Origin: a candidate division WOR-3 bacterium
GTDB taxonomy: Bacteria; Hydrothermota; Tepidihabitantia; SM23-42
Direction: 5' to 3'
Length of the DNA stretch: 64,000 nt
Assembly (NCBI GenBank): GCA_020353055.1
Contig: CP070686.1
Span: 638,965 to 702,964 of the forward strand
The position numbers were made by a program, and so were the translations under genes. Below are positions 1-8,178 of this stretch, piece after piece (within the stretch, counting starts at the first letter, position 1; every line of letters begins with the position of its first letter). The notes under the pieces were generated by a model, which saw only the letters and a program-made list of their open reading frames with translations, ran no database searches and was not told where the DNA came from.

Positions 1-1479
1 GTTCAAAGAATCCCACGCATAATATTCCTGATTTCCTTCCAGCAATAAACCGTCGAAAAAGGCAATTTTGACACGCACCAAAGAGCCCTCATAGAGTTCA
101 GTATTCAGAACGACACCGCTTACATCGATCGGTTCGGGTATTGTAGCACCATGCGCAACAAGTGAATAAGTGAAATCTGTCAGTTCATTCTTACCCCGGT
201 AATGGTCAACCGAACCAGTTACGGTAATACTATCACCGAAATCCAAAGTAAGAGGATAGTTACCATAAAGGCATACGCCGCCCGTATTATCCTGGATGTA
301 TGACTCCGCGTTAGAGAATATACCCGGTGGTGCTGTGATCACACCGGTAATGGTAATGACCGCACCAATATCATCGGGTACGTAGTTGGAATCTAAATCT
401 CTGAACGCATAAGCAATAGGCCACACATACTCGGCACCGTTGCTGCGTCCGGGTGTTGCCAGAGCATTGCCCATCCAATTGTAGCTGCCATCCGGGAACC
501 GGGCGATCGCACAGTTAGGGTAAACCTCATTGCCGGCGTACGGTTTTTCATCGAGTTCGTTACTTGCTGCATCGTACAGATAGACCGTGTCCGCACCATC
601 GTCAAGGTCTGGCCATGAACCAAACCAGGTCCCGCTATTCAACGCGGCGCCATTTTGGTCAAAGAATAGAAATTCCCCGCTTGCATAAAGCAGCAGGTAT
701 CCTGAATCAGGTAGCACATTACCGGAAGGTAAAGAAAGAGTATTAACACCCAGTGCGTCCATTATCGAATAATTGCCGACGTCTATTTCAGTCGCGGTTT
801 TGTTGAAAATTTCTATGTACTCTTCATCGTTGTCCTCAAGGTTACCATTAGCGTTATGGTCAAAGGTTTCCGGGTTGACGAGCAACTCGTTCAATACTAC
901 TGTTTCGGGAATGGTGTCATAGTTCTTGACCTGAACTGAGTCTAACCAGAAATTACAATTGTTAGTGCTGATTAAACCATTAGGCATGTCTTCGAAATGA
1001 AATCTTATCCGCGCGTTTTCGTACGTATCAAAAGATATCAAAGGAACACGCGCGACTGTCCATATGTTTGTATCTGCACCCTGACCGATCTTCATCAGGT
1101 TCACCCAGAGAGTATTGTCATTTGATATATCAACGTGCATCGTATCGTCTGGACCGAGGTTTCCACTGTCCTGCGAAAATCTGTACCAGAAAAAGAGGCT
1201 TTCTCCACCTGAGGCGTCGCTGAGGTTTATGCTGTAAGTTTTTAAAGTAGTCCAACCGCTTCGTAGTGTATCTAAGTAAGAAAAGACGCGAACTCTCGCC
1301 TGGTATGAATCAGGACCAGAAGGCCCCGTGTAATAATATCGATACCAGTCGCCCATGCTCGTGTCTGACCGCAGTGTATCCCAACCCGCTGGCGGGAACA
1401 TTGTACCTGTGAAACTCTCATTTAGAAGCGGCGTCTGGTTGAATAGTAATAAAGCAAGGCTTAGCAATACCGGGTTCAT
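1..1479 (-). CDS. Secreted lamin-tail-domain (LTD) protein, partial; C-terminus lies beyond the window edge
   Basis: Minus-strand ATG at 1479 (cat at 1477-1479). Hand translation runs more than 200 codons without a stop (MNPVLLSLALLLFNQTPLLNESFTGTMFPPAGW...). The N-terminus is a signal-peptide-like hydrophobic stretch. The segment NELLVNPETFDHNANGNLEDNDEEYIEIFN fits the lamin-tail domain signature. It is absent from the ORF track only because no stop codon falls inside the window. Confidence 0.6.
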   Translation of the reverse strand, partial: MNPVLLSLALLLFNQTPLLNESFTGTMFPPAGWDTLRSDTSMGDWYRYYYTGPSGPDSYQARVRVFSYLDTLRSGWTTLKTYSINLSDASGGESLFFWYRFSQDSGNLGPDDTMHVDISNDNTLWVNLMKIGQGADTNIWTVARVPLISFDTYENARIRFHFEDMPNGLISTNNCNFWLDSVQVKNYDTIPETVVLNELLVNPETFDHNANGNLEDNDEEYIEIFNKTATEIDVGNYSIMDALGVNTLSLPSGNVLPDSGYLLLYASGEFLFFDQNGAALNSGTWFGSWPDLDDGADTVYLYDAASNELDEKPYAGNEVYPNCAIARFPDGSYNWMGNALATPGRSNGAEYVWPIAYAFRDLDSNYVPDDIGAVITITGVITAPPGIFSNAESYIQDNTGGVCLYGNYPLTLDFGDSITVTGSVDHYRGKNELTDFTYSLVAHGATIPEPIDVSGVVLNTELYEGSLVRVKIAFFDGLLLEGNQEYYAWDSLN

Positions 1480-1558
1480 GAGTTTGTGATTATATGCCCG
1501 AGAGCTGAAAAGTCAAGAACTGCGTGACAAACGATTGGATCGTGAATTCCGTTAGTCC

Positions 1559-1655
1559 CGCTAATATCGTTAATATCGTTAATATCGTTATTTTCGTTAT
1601 TATAGTTTCGTGCTCAACTTCTTAATCTCTCATCATCTCAACTTCTGTCTTTATC
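1559..1655 (+). repeat. Intergenic repeat element copy A: 9-bp tandem repeats (GTTAATATC x3 and variants) plus conserved tail TTTCGTGCTCAACTTCTTAATCTC...CAACTTCTGTCTTTATC
   Basis: Read directly from sequence. Three perfect and two degenerate 9-mers are followed by a tail shared with copies B, C and E. It lies in the divergent region between the LTD gene start (1479) and the 1719 gene. Confidence 0.7.
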
Positions 1656-1718
1656 CAGTACATACTTGTCCCCAGCGTTAGCGTTGACACCCGCTAGTGT
1701 GCCGTTATAATCCATCAA

Positions 1719-2105
1719 ATGATAATTTGTTTTCTACTTCTCTTGACTGCTGCTTCGAGGCCACCGGCACAAGACGAACCTGCTGATATCGACTCGCTAA
1801 CCCACGCAGACAGTCTTGTTATCATGCCGGAAATGAGAAAGGCAATATCAGACCCGTGGTTTGGTCAGGATAAATTACTGCACTTCTCCGCTGGTTTTGC
1901 GATTCCAGGAATCACCTATCACTTTTACATAAACAAGCTCAACGGTGAAGAACAAAGGGGCAAAGTATACGCCGTATCCTTGACTGCTCTATTGGCTTTC
2001 GGAAAAGAATTCTATGACAAGAAGAAAAAGGGGCATTTTTCCTGGAAAGATCTTGCCTGGAGTGGTTTGGGACTCGCGGTGGGATACCTCGTACTAATTC
2101 GTTAA
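1719..2105 (+). CDS. Small exported protein, possibly DUF2279/YfiM-like lipoprotein
   Basis: 128 aa with an N-terminal hydrophobic signal (MIICFLLLLTAAS). The motif WFGQDKLLHFSAGF recalls the DKxxHF signature of YfiM-like periplasmic lipoproteins. The family assignment is from memory and is weak. Confidence 0.35.
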   Translation: MIICFLLLLTAASRPPAQDEPADIDSLTHADSLVIMPEMRKAISDPWFGQDKLLHFSAGFAIPGITYHFYINKLNGEEQRGKVYAVSLTALLAFGKEFYDKKKKGHFSWKDLAWSGLGLAVGYLVLIR

Positions 2106-2216
2106 GACCGTTAATTTCGTTACTACCGTTATTCTCGTTAATATCGCTAATACAGCCAATATCATTACTTTCGTTAATATCATTTCGTTTCTCAACTTCT
2201 GAGCTTCTGTCTTATC
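2097..2216 (+). repeat. Intergenic repeat element copy B: about 10 degenerate 9-mers (GTTAATTTC, GTTACTACC, GTTATTCTC, GTTAATATC ...) plus tail CATTTCGTTTCTCAACTTCTGAGCTTCTGTCTTATC
   Basis: Begins at the stop codon of the 1719-2105 gene and ends about 6 nt before the stop codon (2222) of the convergent phosphoglycosyl transferase gene. Same orientation as copy A. Confidence 0.7.
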
Positions 2217-2221
2217 TAATA

Positions 2222-2878
2222 TCAGTCGCAATGAACAGAGAGTTTTCTCCCCCGTTTTTCCCACCGGCCGAGGAAGGTCACAGCCAGGGACAAAAGAATC
2301 AACCGTACATCTGTCAGCAGACTCCTCTTGCTGATGTACATGAGGTCATATTCAAACTTCCTTTCCCTTGGAACATCGCGTGGCATACAGAGCTGCGCTA
2401 TCCCGGTAAGTCCGGGCACAACTGAGATACGCTGTTCGTACCCGGGTATATTCTTCATATTAGACGGAATTGGATTATGGACTTCGACTTCACAGGAGAG
2501 TAAAGGACGAGGCCCAACAAAACTCATATCTCCAAGTAAGATATTTATTAATTGCGGTGATTCATCGATCGCGGTATTGCGAAGGATCTTCCCGACCTTT
2601 GTAATTCTTGTATCGTTTTCGTTTGCCTGAACGTTCACGTGCTCAGTCAGTGAAGAAATGTGCATTGAACGGAACTTGAAAGCATCGAAGTGTTTGCCGT
2701 TACTGCCTATCCTTTCCTGCTTTATAAAAACTGGAGACCCATCTTCGTTAGTGATGACTATCCATAAAATCACCCATACCGGAGCAAGGATGGTCAAACC
2801 AACCAAAGCAAGGATAATATCCATTATCCTCTTGAAAACGTAATATATCAGGAAAGTAACTTTCTTTTTATCATTCAT
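2222..2878 (-). CDS. Polyprenyl-phosphate sugar-1-phosphate transferase (small monotopic phosphoglycosyl transferase, PglC/WbaP C-terminal-domain type)
   Basis: 218 aa. Has an N-terminal hydrophobic helix and the motifs KFRSM, DESPQLINILLGDMSFVGPRP and PGLTGIAQ, which are diagnostic of the bacterial sugar transferase family. Confidence 0.85.
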   Translation of the reverse strand: MNDKKKVTFLIYYVFKRIMDIILALVGLTILAPVWVILWIVITNEDGSPVFIKQERIGSNGKHFDAFKFRSMHISSLTEHVNVQANENDTRITKVGKILRNTAIDESPQLINILLGDMSFVGPRPLLSCEVEVHNPIPSNMKNIPGYEQRISVVPGLTGIAQLCMPRDVPRERKFEYDLMYISKRSLLTDVRLILLSLAVTFLGRWEKRGRKLSVHCD

Positions 2879-3147
2879 CTATTATTACTTATCGCTCCTC
2901 GCGCACGAATATTCGTGCTAAGTCAATAATAAATAATAGATGATATTCCTCCGAAGTCAAGATTTTTCAATTATGAACTTGGGATCAATCAGTAAGTTAG
3001 TGCAGCGAATCATTGCAAAAGAGGTGAGGGCCCCCGGCCCCTGTAAAGCCTATGAGTATGCACGAGGTTTTAGACCGAGAGCCCTCTTATCGAGGAGGTG
3101 CATCTGTATGGCAAGACCCAACTAAATCTCAAAGACCAAAATGTCAG

Positions 3148-5472
3148 TCATCTGACCCAAACTATCTGCTTAACGTCCTGGCAATTATCGACCACCAATC
3201 TACAGAAATATACACCGCTTGCCACCTGTCTGTCAAGAGTGTCTTTTCCATCCCAAACAATGGAGTATTCTCCGGGGTTCTGGGTTTGTTCCACAAGTGA
3301 CCTTACCAGACGTCCGCTCACATCGAAGATACCGATTCTCACGTTACTCGGGGAAGACAACACATAGTCTATATTTGAACGCTGAAATGCAGGATTAGGA
3401 TAAATACAATCCAGACCGCCGGGCTCAATTCTTTGGTGGTCATACAAGAGTCCCAAAGCACCAACGTCTACTTTTTGTGAGATCTCTCCGTATTCGCCCT
3501 GAGTACAGTCGAAACCGCTATAATACATCAGTTGATAAGCGCTATTTCCGCTACGCACATCACTTGAAGTCCAAATGCCATGAAAATACATGTTGTTCTC
3601 GGAGTAGTTCCAAACCGAAGTAGCCTGGCCACTATCAGACTCGAAACCTCCGTTCCGTACACTTCCCCAGAAAAGTGCTATATCATCCCAGTACGTAACA
3701 ATTTCATTAATTCCTTGTGTGTAGTTTTTCTTACAGTATAAGCGGCAAGCAACTGTCACACTATCTTGTCCAATAACATAAGGAGTAACATTGGCAACAA
3801 CGTGCGTCCAACCTTCGCAGAAAGCTATGTCATCTTCCCATACTACATTCCCATTCAAAAGTATCTGTTTGAAGAAAAAACCAGTATCTGCCGAATGGCA
3901 TCTGTCGTTGACCCAAACACTTAGATAAAAACTATCATTCGAAGGTCCGACAACGATAAGCTTGTTTGCACTAGTTGGAATGCCGTCGTTGTCGTGAACT
4001 GTCAGTTCCACATTGTATATGCCGATATCATTGAAAGTATAGGTGACGTTAGGTTTTCGAACAGTATTAGCGTTGTCACCAAAATCCCATTCCCACCATG
4101 ATAGATCACCGTCCGGGTCATAACTACCATTACTGCTAAAAGAGACGTTCAAAGGAACTGTCCCTGAATCAAGATCGACACTTATCTCTGCCACCGGTAT
4201 TCTCGAATTCAATCCGGCGGGAACGGTTGTGCCAAAATGGTTGTCAAATATCCAACAATTAGTATTGCCGGTCCACAGCTTTATCGCCGCCGCGCTATCC
4301 GATGGGTAGAGCCAATTGTTATATATGCTACAGGCTTGGACCGGTAGACCACGGATTCGGATATTTTCACCACCTGTTGTCGTTTGTGTAACCCTTGCAT
4401 ATTTTCGACAGGTATTGTGGTGAATGATGGTCTTTCTTCCGCCATATTCACCCTCGCTCGGCCAGCCGTGACGGTCGAAGTTATGATTAGCACCGTGTTC
4501 AAGACCTATGTTCCACCTTGCCTCCCAGCTCTGCATTGTGTCGCCGGTTGAGGCAATGTTGTGCCGTACGAAATCAAACAGATTGGCTTCCCAAATTCCG
4601 TTCCCCGTACTGCCTGTGCATCCTCCCATGCCCATACAACAATTCTGACCTTCATGAAAATAGTTGTGATGCACGTAGAAACCCCTGGATGTCGCAGAAT
4701 AGATACACGAATGACTCCAGCCCCAAAACTCACAATTGTCTACAACGAGAGAATCATACCAAGCCTGTACCCCATATGATGAGTTGGCCAGAGAAAATGT
4801 GTCGAGAGTAGATTTTCCCTTCCTGTACCAGTAAGGACCCCGGACCCTGAGACCCGTTATGCGAACTCCCTTACCCGACATCATAAGAAAATCCAAACTG
4901 TTGTCGTCAGTATCATCAGTATATAACAACCCACCCCATGATACTGTATCTGCAAGAATACGTCCTCGACCCGAGGCCAAGGTCACATGTCCAGGAATGA
5001 AAACACGTTCCGTGCCTGTCATATTGATTTCAGCGGAATCGGCAACGTAGATAATATCACCAGAGGATGCATTCGCGACCGCATTGAGGAACTCGGCCTT
5101 TGTGCATACGTAGTAATCAGCATCCTGATGTCGAATGCTGTCACTGTAACCCGGTCCACCACCAATTGGATTCCCCGTCGGATTCCATTCAGCACCGATA
5201 TCAGAAAAGCAAATCGATGGTAGTATGAAAACACAAAAAAGAAAAACGGGAATTACTGTAACAGCGAAACCACACCTAAAGTACCGGCCAAGAATATCGG
5301 CCACAGAGTGTTCAAACCAAAACTCCACCTTGGATCTAGAATCGCCCCCTAACATTAGTATATGCAAAAAACGATATTTGTATATAGTTTTGCACATTCT
5401 TAGCCTCCTAGACTTAAGTCTAAATAATATAAAAAAAGACCATACCCCCAAGGGCACATAACCGACCAGCAA
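3148..5472 (-). CDS. Secreted right-handed beta-helix / PKD-domain protein with a Type IX secretion (Por) C-terminal sorting domain
   Basis: Carries parallel beta-helix repeat signatures (NCEFWGWSHSCIYSATSRGFYVHHNYFHEG...) and a PKD-like segment (LNVSFSSNGSYDPDGDLSWWEWDFGDNANT...NVELTVHDNDG). The C-terminal roughly 80 aa (YPNPAFQRSNIDYVL...VSGRLVRSL...GEYSIVWDGKDTLDRQVASGVYFCRL) fit the Por_Secre_tail pattern. The listed start at 5472 is the longest ORF. The true start is probably the downstream M around 5394 or later. Confidence 0.7.
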   Translation of the reverse strand: MLVGYVPLGVWSFFILFRLKSRRLRMCKTIYKYRFLHILMLGGDSRSKVEFWFEHSVADILGRYFRCGFAVTVIPVFLFCVFILPSICFSDIGAEWNPTGNPIGGGPGYSDSIRHQDADYYVCTKAEFLNAVANASSGDIIYVADSAEINMTGTERVFIPGHVTLASGRGRILADTVSWGGLLYTDDTDDNSLDFLMMSGKGVRITGLRVRGPYWYRKGKSTLDTFSLANSSYGVQAWYDSLVVDNCEFWGWSHSCIYSATSRGFYVHHNYFHEGQNCCMGMGGCTGSTGNGIWEANLFDFVRHNIASTGDTMQSWEARWNIGLEHGANHNFDRHGWPSEGEYGGRKTIIHHNTCRKYARVTQTTTGGENIRIRGLPVQACSIYNNWLYPSDSAAAIKLWTGNTNCWIFDNHFGTTVPAGLNSRIPVAEISVDLDSGTVPLNVSFSSNGSYDPDGDLSWWEWDFGDNANTVRKPNVTYTFNDIGIYNVELTVHDNDGIPTSANKLIVVGPSNDSFYLSVWVNDRCHSADTGFFFKQILLNGNVVWEDDIAFCEGWTHVVANVTPYVIGQDSVTVACRLYCKKNYTQGINEIVTYWDDIALFWGSVRNGGFESDSGQATSVWNYSENNMYFHGIWTSSDVRSGNSAYQLMYYSGFDCTQGEYGEISQKVDVGALGLLYDHQRIEPGGLDCIYPNPAFQRSNIDYVLSSPSNVRIGIFDVSGRLVRSLVEQTQNPGEYSIVWDGKDTLDRQVASGVYFCRLVVDNCQDVKQIVWVR
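5409..5422. promoter_or_regulatory. Perfect 14-bp palindrome TAGACTTAAGTCTA, a candidate operator
   Basis: Read directly. It sits in the divergent control region upstream of the beta-helix gene. The motif recurs at 5544-5580 and near 61045 and 61186. Confidence 0.3.
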
Positions 5473-5543
5473 ACCGTAAACCGGTTTGCTGTTGCTCCGC
5501 AGTTTGTTATCTCTGTTTTCAACATAGCATAATCCATTATTTG

Positions 5544-5580
5544 AGACTTAAATATAGATATAATATCTACACTTAAGTCT
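5544..5580. promoter_or_regulatory. 37-nt imperfect palindrome AGACTTAA-N21-TTAAGTCT whose centre (TAGATATAATATCTA) is itself palindromic, a candidate operator or cruciform
   Basis: Read directly. The half-sites are perfect reverse complements and 16 of 21 central positions are self-complementary. It lies between the divergent genes at 5472 (minus) and 5955 (plus). Confidence 0.3.
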
Positions 5581-5653
5581 ATTATATTATAATAAATATA
5601 ACTTTTTTGTCAAGGGGTAAAATGCACTTCTGCCCTATACGTCCGTTGGGTGC

Positions 5654-5746
5654 GTTTAGTTCGTTATTTTCGTTAATCTCGTTACTTTCGTGACTATCGT
5701 TTCGCTTTTTAACTTCTTAATTTCTCATCCTTGACTTCTGTCCTTC
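5654..5746 (+). repeat. Intergenic repeat element copy C: 9-mers GTTTAGTTC GTTATTTTC GTTAATCTC GTTACTTTC GTGACTATC plus tail GTTTCGCTTTTTAACTTCTTAATTTCTCATCCTTGACTTCTGTCCTTC
   Basis: Has the same architecture and orientation as copies A and B. It lies about 200 nt upstream of the 5955 gene. Confidence 0.7.
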
Positions 5747-5954
5747 TAGGTCTACCCGTTTCTTCACGTTAACGTGTCTGAAACGTTGCATATCTTAAGC
5801 AACCCACCGTACGAAACACCTCATTCAATACTAGATCCCCTACCGTTTTCTTTTTCTCAACCTCTCATCCTTTCAATTTCCATTTTTCTGCCGCACCAGG
5901 CTGTTGACATTTAATAGAATATCATTATTATTCACTAGTATTTAAGGAGGAAAG

Positions 5955-6371
5955 ATGTGGGTAGTCGTTCACTTCAAGGATGGTCGCTTGTTGAAAGGAT
6001 TCACGCGCGATTTTACACCAACGAATACAATGTTCCACCTAACCTCTGAGCAGGACAAGGATCGAGGGAGTGAATACGAAATCGACCTCAATGATCTGAA
6101 AGCAATATTCTTCGTCAAAACTCTTGAGGGGAACAAAGACTATGCCGAGAAGAAGAGATTCGAAGAGGTTGACACTTCGGGGCTAAAAGGGCTCAAAATA
6201 AGGGTCGAGTTTGCTGATGGAGAAGTGATCCGGGGAATAAGTCTCGGCTACAGCAAGTCGAGCAAAGGATTCTTTGTCATCCCGGTGGACCCTGAGAGTA
6301 ATAACGAGCGAATTTATGTAAATGCTGACGCACTCCGCGATATCAAGGTAGGAGCGGCAGCTGAAAAATAG
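5955..6371 (+). CDS. Hypothetical protein with two tandem roughly 60-aa repeats
   Basis: Strong SD (TAAGGAGG) sits 6 nt upstream of the ATG. There is an internal duplication (VVHFKDGRLLKGFTRDF...DLKAIFFVK versus IRVEFADGEVIRGISLGY...ADALRDIKVG). No family recognised. Confidence 0.5.
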   Translation: MWVVVHFKDGRLLKGFTRDFTPTNTMFHLTSEQDKDRGSEYEIDLNDLKAIFFVKTLEGNKDYAEKKRFEEVDTSGLKGLKIRVEFADGEVIRGISLGYSKSSKGFFVIPVDPESNNERIYVNADALRDIKVGAAAEK

Positions 6372-6395
6372 TGTAATTCCCTTCCGGAGGTATGA

Positions 6396-8048
6396 ATGTA
6401 TGCAACCATAATATCATTGCTGGTATCATATCTTGCAGGCACTTCCGGTTTCATCAACATACCGACTGCTGATCAATATGAAGCAAGTGGCACCTGGGGT
6501 GTCGGATTTGCCTATTCTGCCACAATGTTTACGGACGACGCCGACATTACCGATGACCTTGAACCGGATCCGGCTGATTTCAACATTTATCTTCGTTATG
6601 GATTCGCGGGTAGAGGCGAAATTGCCGTTTCAATGTACAAACCTAGCGCTTTTGCGCTGAGTTTTTCTTATGTGATAGTTAAACCAGGCAAGGGACCGTC
6701 ACTATTCGTGGGTATTGATCACATAACCTATGCTAAACATATATCGTCTCTGGGCACCGGTGATACCGTTGGTTTTCTCGAGGAAGTCAGATATGTTACA
6801 GAGTCAGGTGGAAGACCGGCAGAGCTGCTATCAGCATACTTAGGAATACAGCAGACTTTCGGTAAGGTCTTCAACGTCGTGATCGGTCTGGGTAGGGGAA
6901 GATTTGTTGGTTACGGTGAACGCAGCCGATACTTCAACACCGACTTTTTCGTTCTGGGCGACGAGTATAAGGTCGAAGAACATTCTCCCTGGGCATTTGG
7001 ATTATTTTTCGGCGCATCACTGCGTTTTCCGTTCGGCCTTGAATTGATGGGTGAAATGGACGGACGTGATGCAAGTATCGGTATCAAATACCATAATAAA
7101 TATATCACGCCCACAATAGCACTGACAAAAGTTGAGCAATTCGGTGACCGCCGGCCTTTCTCACCGCGCATTGCGGTCGGCATTGAAGCCACCAACCGTT
7201 TTATGCTCGATAAACCCGAGTTCGGCACAATTGAATGTGTAATTCATGATAACACGAGCAAAGAATTACTGGTAAATTCAACCGTCGAGATAGTAGAGTT
7301 GAACAAGCAGTATACTGCAACCGGTGGAACATTCTCCCTGAATCTACCAGCTGGAAATTACACGATCGTCGTTGCACGAACCGACTATGTAGACTACAGA
7401 GCAAAGATCAATGTCAAGTCGAATGTGCGCAGCAAACTGGTATTTAACATGCACAAGACCGAAGAAGCCCTCCGCTTGGAACAGGCAGCAAAAGACAGGG
7501 AAGCCAGCATACGGAATCATCTGGAACAGGGCAAGATATATTTTTCAGAAGGTAACCTTGAACAAGCTAAAGCGGCATTTGAAATGGTTCTTTCACTCGA
7601 TCCCGGAAATGTCGAAGCACAGGAATCGCTCGGCGCTCTCGAACTTAGACGTGCAAACCTCATTGCATACTATACTTCAGAAGCAACGAAGCAGACCCAG
7701 GCAAAAAGCTATACGCAGGCGATTCAATCCTGGCAAAAAGTACTGTCACTTGATCCCAACAATACCGAAGCAAAGAACGCGGTCGCAGAGCTACGTAAAC
7801 TAACGGCTGCACCTTCAAAACCACCTGCCAAGCCGTCAAAACCATCCACACCTGCTAAACCCAGAGTGAGTGAAGCCGAGATTGAGAACCTGTACAAAAG
7901 AGGAGTATCGTTATTCACCAGCGAGAAATACGATGAGGCGCTCAACGCTTTCAAACGTGTACTCGCGCTGAACCCAAATCATGTAGGCGCAAAGGAATAT
8001 AAGAGACGAACCGAAGCAAGACTGAGAGTTCTGAGGGGAAGTGGCTAA
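6396..8048 (+). CDS. Exported protein: N-terminal beta-rich region, carboxypeptidase-regulatory-like beta-sandwich, Pro/Lys-rich linker and C-terminal TPR repeats
   Basis: Signal-like N-terminus. The segment YTATGGTFSLNLPAGNYTIVVARTDYVDYRAKINV is CarbopepD_reg-like. The linker is PSKPPAKPSKPSTPAKP. At least three TPR-like units follow (AKAAFEMVLSLDPGNVEAQ, YTQAIQSWQKVLSLDPNNTEAK, ALNAFKRVLALNPNHVGAK). Confidence 0.55.
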   Translation: MYATIISLLVSYLAGTSGFINIPTADQYEASGTWGVGFAYSATMFTDDADITDDLEPDPADFNIYLRYGFAGRGEIAVSMYKPSAFALSFSYVIVKPGKGPSLFVGIDHITYAKHISSLGTGDTVGFLEEVRYVTESGGRPAELLSAYLGIQQTFGKVFNVVIGLGRGRFVGYGERSRYFNTDFFVLGDEYKVEEHSPWAFGLFFGASLRFPFGLELMGEMDGRDASIGIKYHNKYITPTIALTKVEQFGDRRPFSPRIAVGIEATNRFMLDKPEFGTIECVIHDNTSKELLVNSTVEIVELNKQYTATGGTFSLNLPAGNYTIVVARTDYVDYRAKINVKSNVRSKLVFNMHKTEEALRLEQAAKDREASIRNHLEQGKIYFSEGNLEQAKAAFEMVLSLDPGNVEAQESLGALELRRANLIAYYTSEATKQTQAKSYTQAIQSWQKVLSLDPNNTEAKNAVAELRKLTAAPSKPPAKPSKPSTPAKPRVSEAEIENLYKRGVSLFTSEKYDEALNAFKRVLALNPNHVGAKEYKRRTEARLRVLRGSG

Positions 8049-8084
8049 AATAGACTAACCGAAACAGAACTTTTTCTCAAAGAA

Positions 8085-8120
8085 AGAGGCCCCCGTGAAC
8101 GGGGGCCTCTTCTTCAAATT
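8085..8120. terminator. Bidirectional Rho-independent terminator
   Basis: 10-bp GC-rich stem AGAGGCCCCC / GGGGGCCTCT with loop GTGAAC. The stem is flanked by TCTTCAAATT on the plus strand and CTTTCTTTGAG on the minus strand. It lies between the convergent ends of the 6396-8048 gene and the last gene (8179) of the large minus-strand locus. Confidence 0.65.
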
Positions 8121-8178
8121 AAAAAACGCAACGCTGTTAGAATAATTGTATCGTTGGCTACTGACTGCAGTACGTGCC

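Noticed and set aside
393-746. ORFs 393-623 (minus) and 564-746 (plus) inside the LTD protein gene.
   Set aside because: They are out-of-frame or antisense shadows of a long continuous minus-strand frame that carries signal-peptide and LTD signatures.
1559-2216. Considered whether the 9-bp tandem repeats (GTTAATATC...) could be a CRISPR array.
   Set aside because: Units are 9 nt with no spacers between them. CRISPR repeats are 24-48 nt, separated by unique spacers. No cas genes are present in the window.
4281-5461. Multiple 60-100 aa ORFs on both strands within 3148-5472. Similar nested ORFs occur throughout the window (e.g. 32072-32503, 46308-46718, 52948-53493, 57014-57541).
   Set aside because: All are embedded in larger ORFs with clear family signatures. 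No independent evidence (RBS, domains) supports them.
5467-5491. 10-bp hairpin CAGCAAACCG-TAAAC-CGGTTTGCTG at the annotated start of the beta-helix gene.
   Set aside because: No U-tract follows on either strand. It lies inside the longest-ORF extension of the gene, which is probably 5' UTR. Noted only as a possible RNA structure, not called as a terminator.
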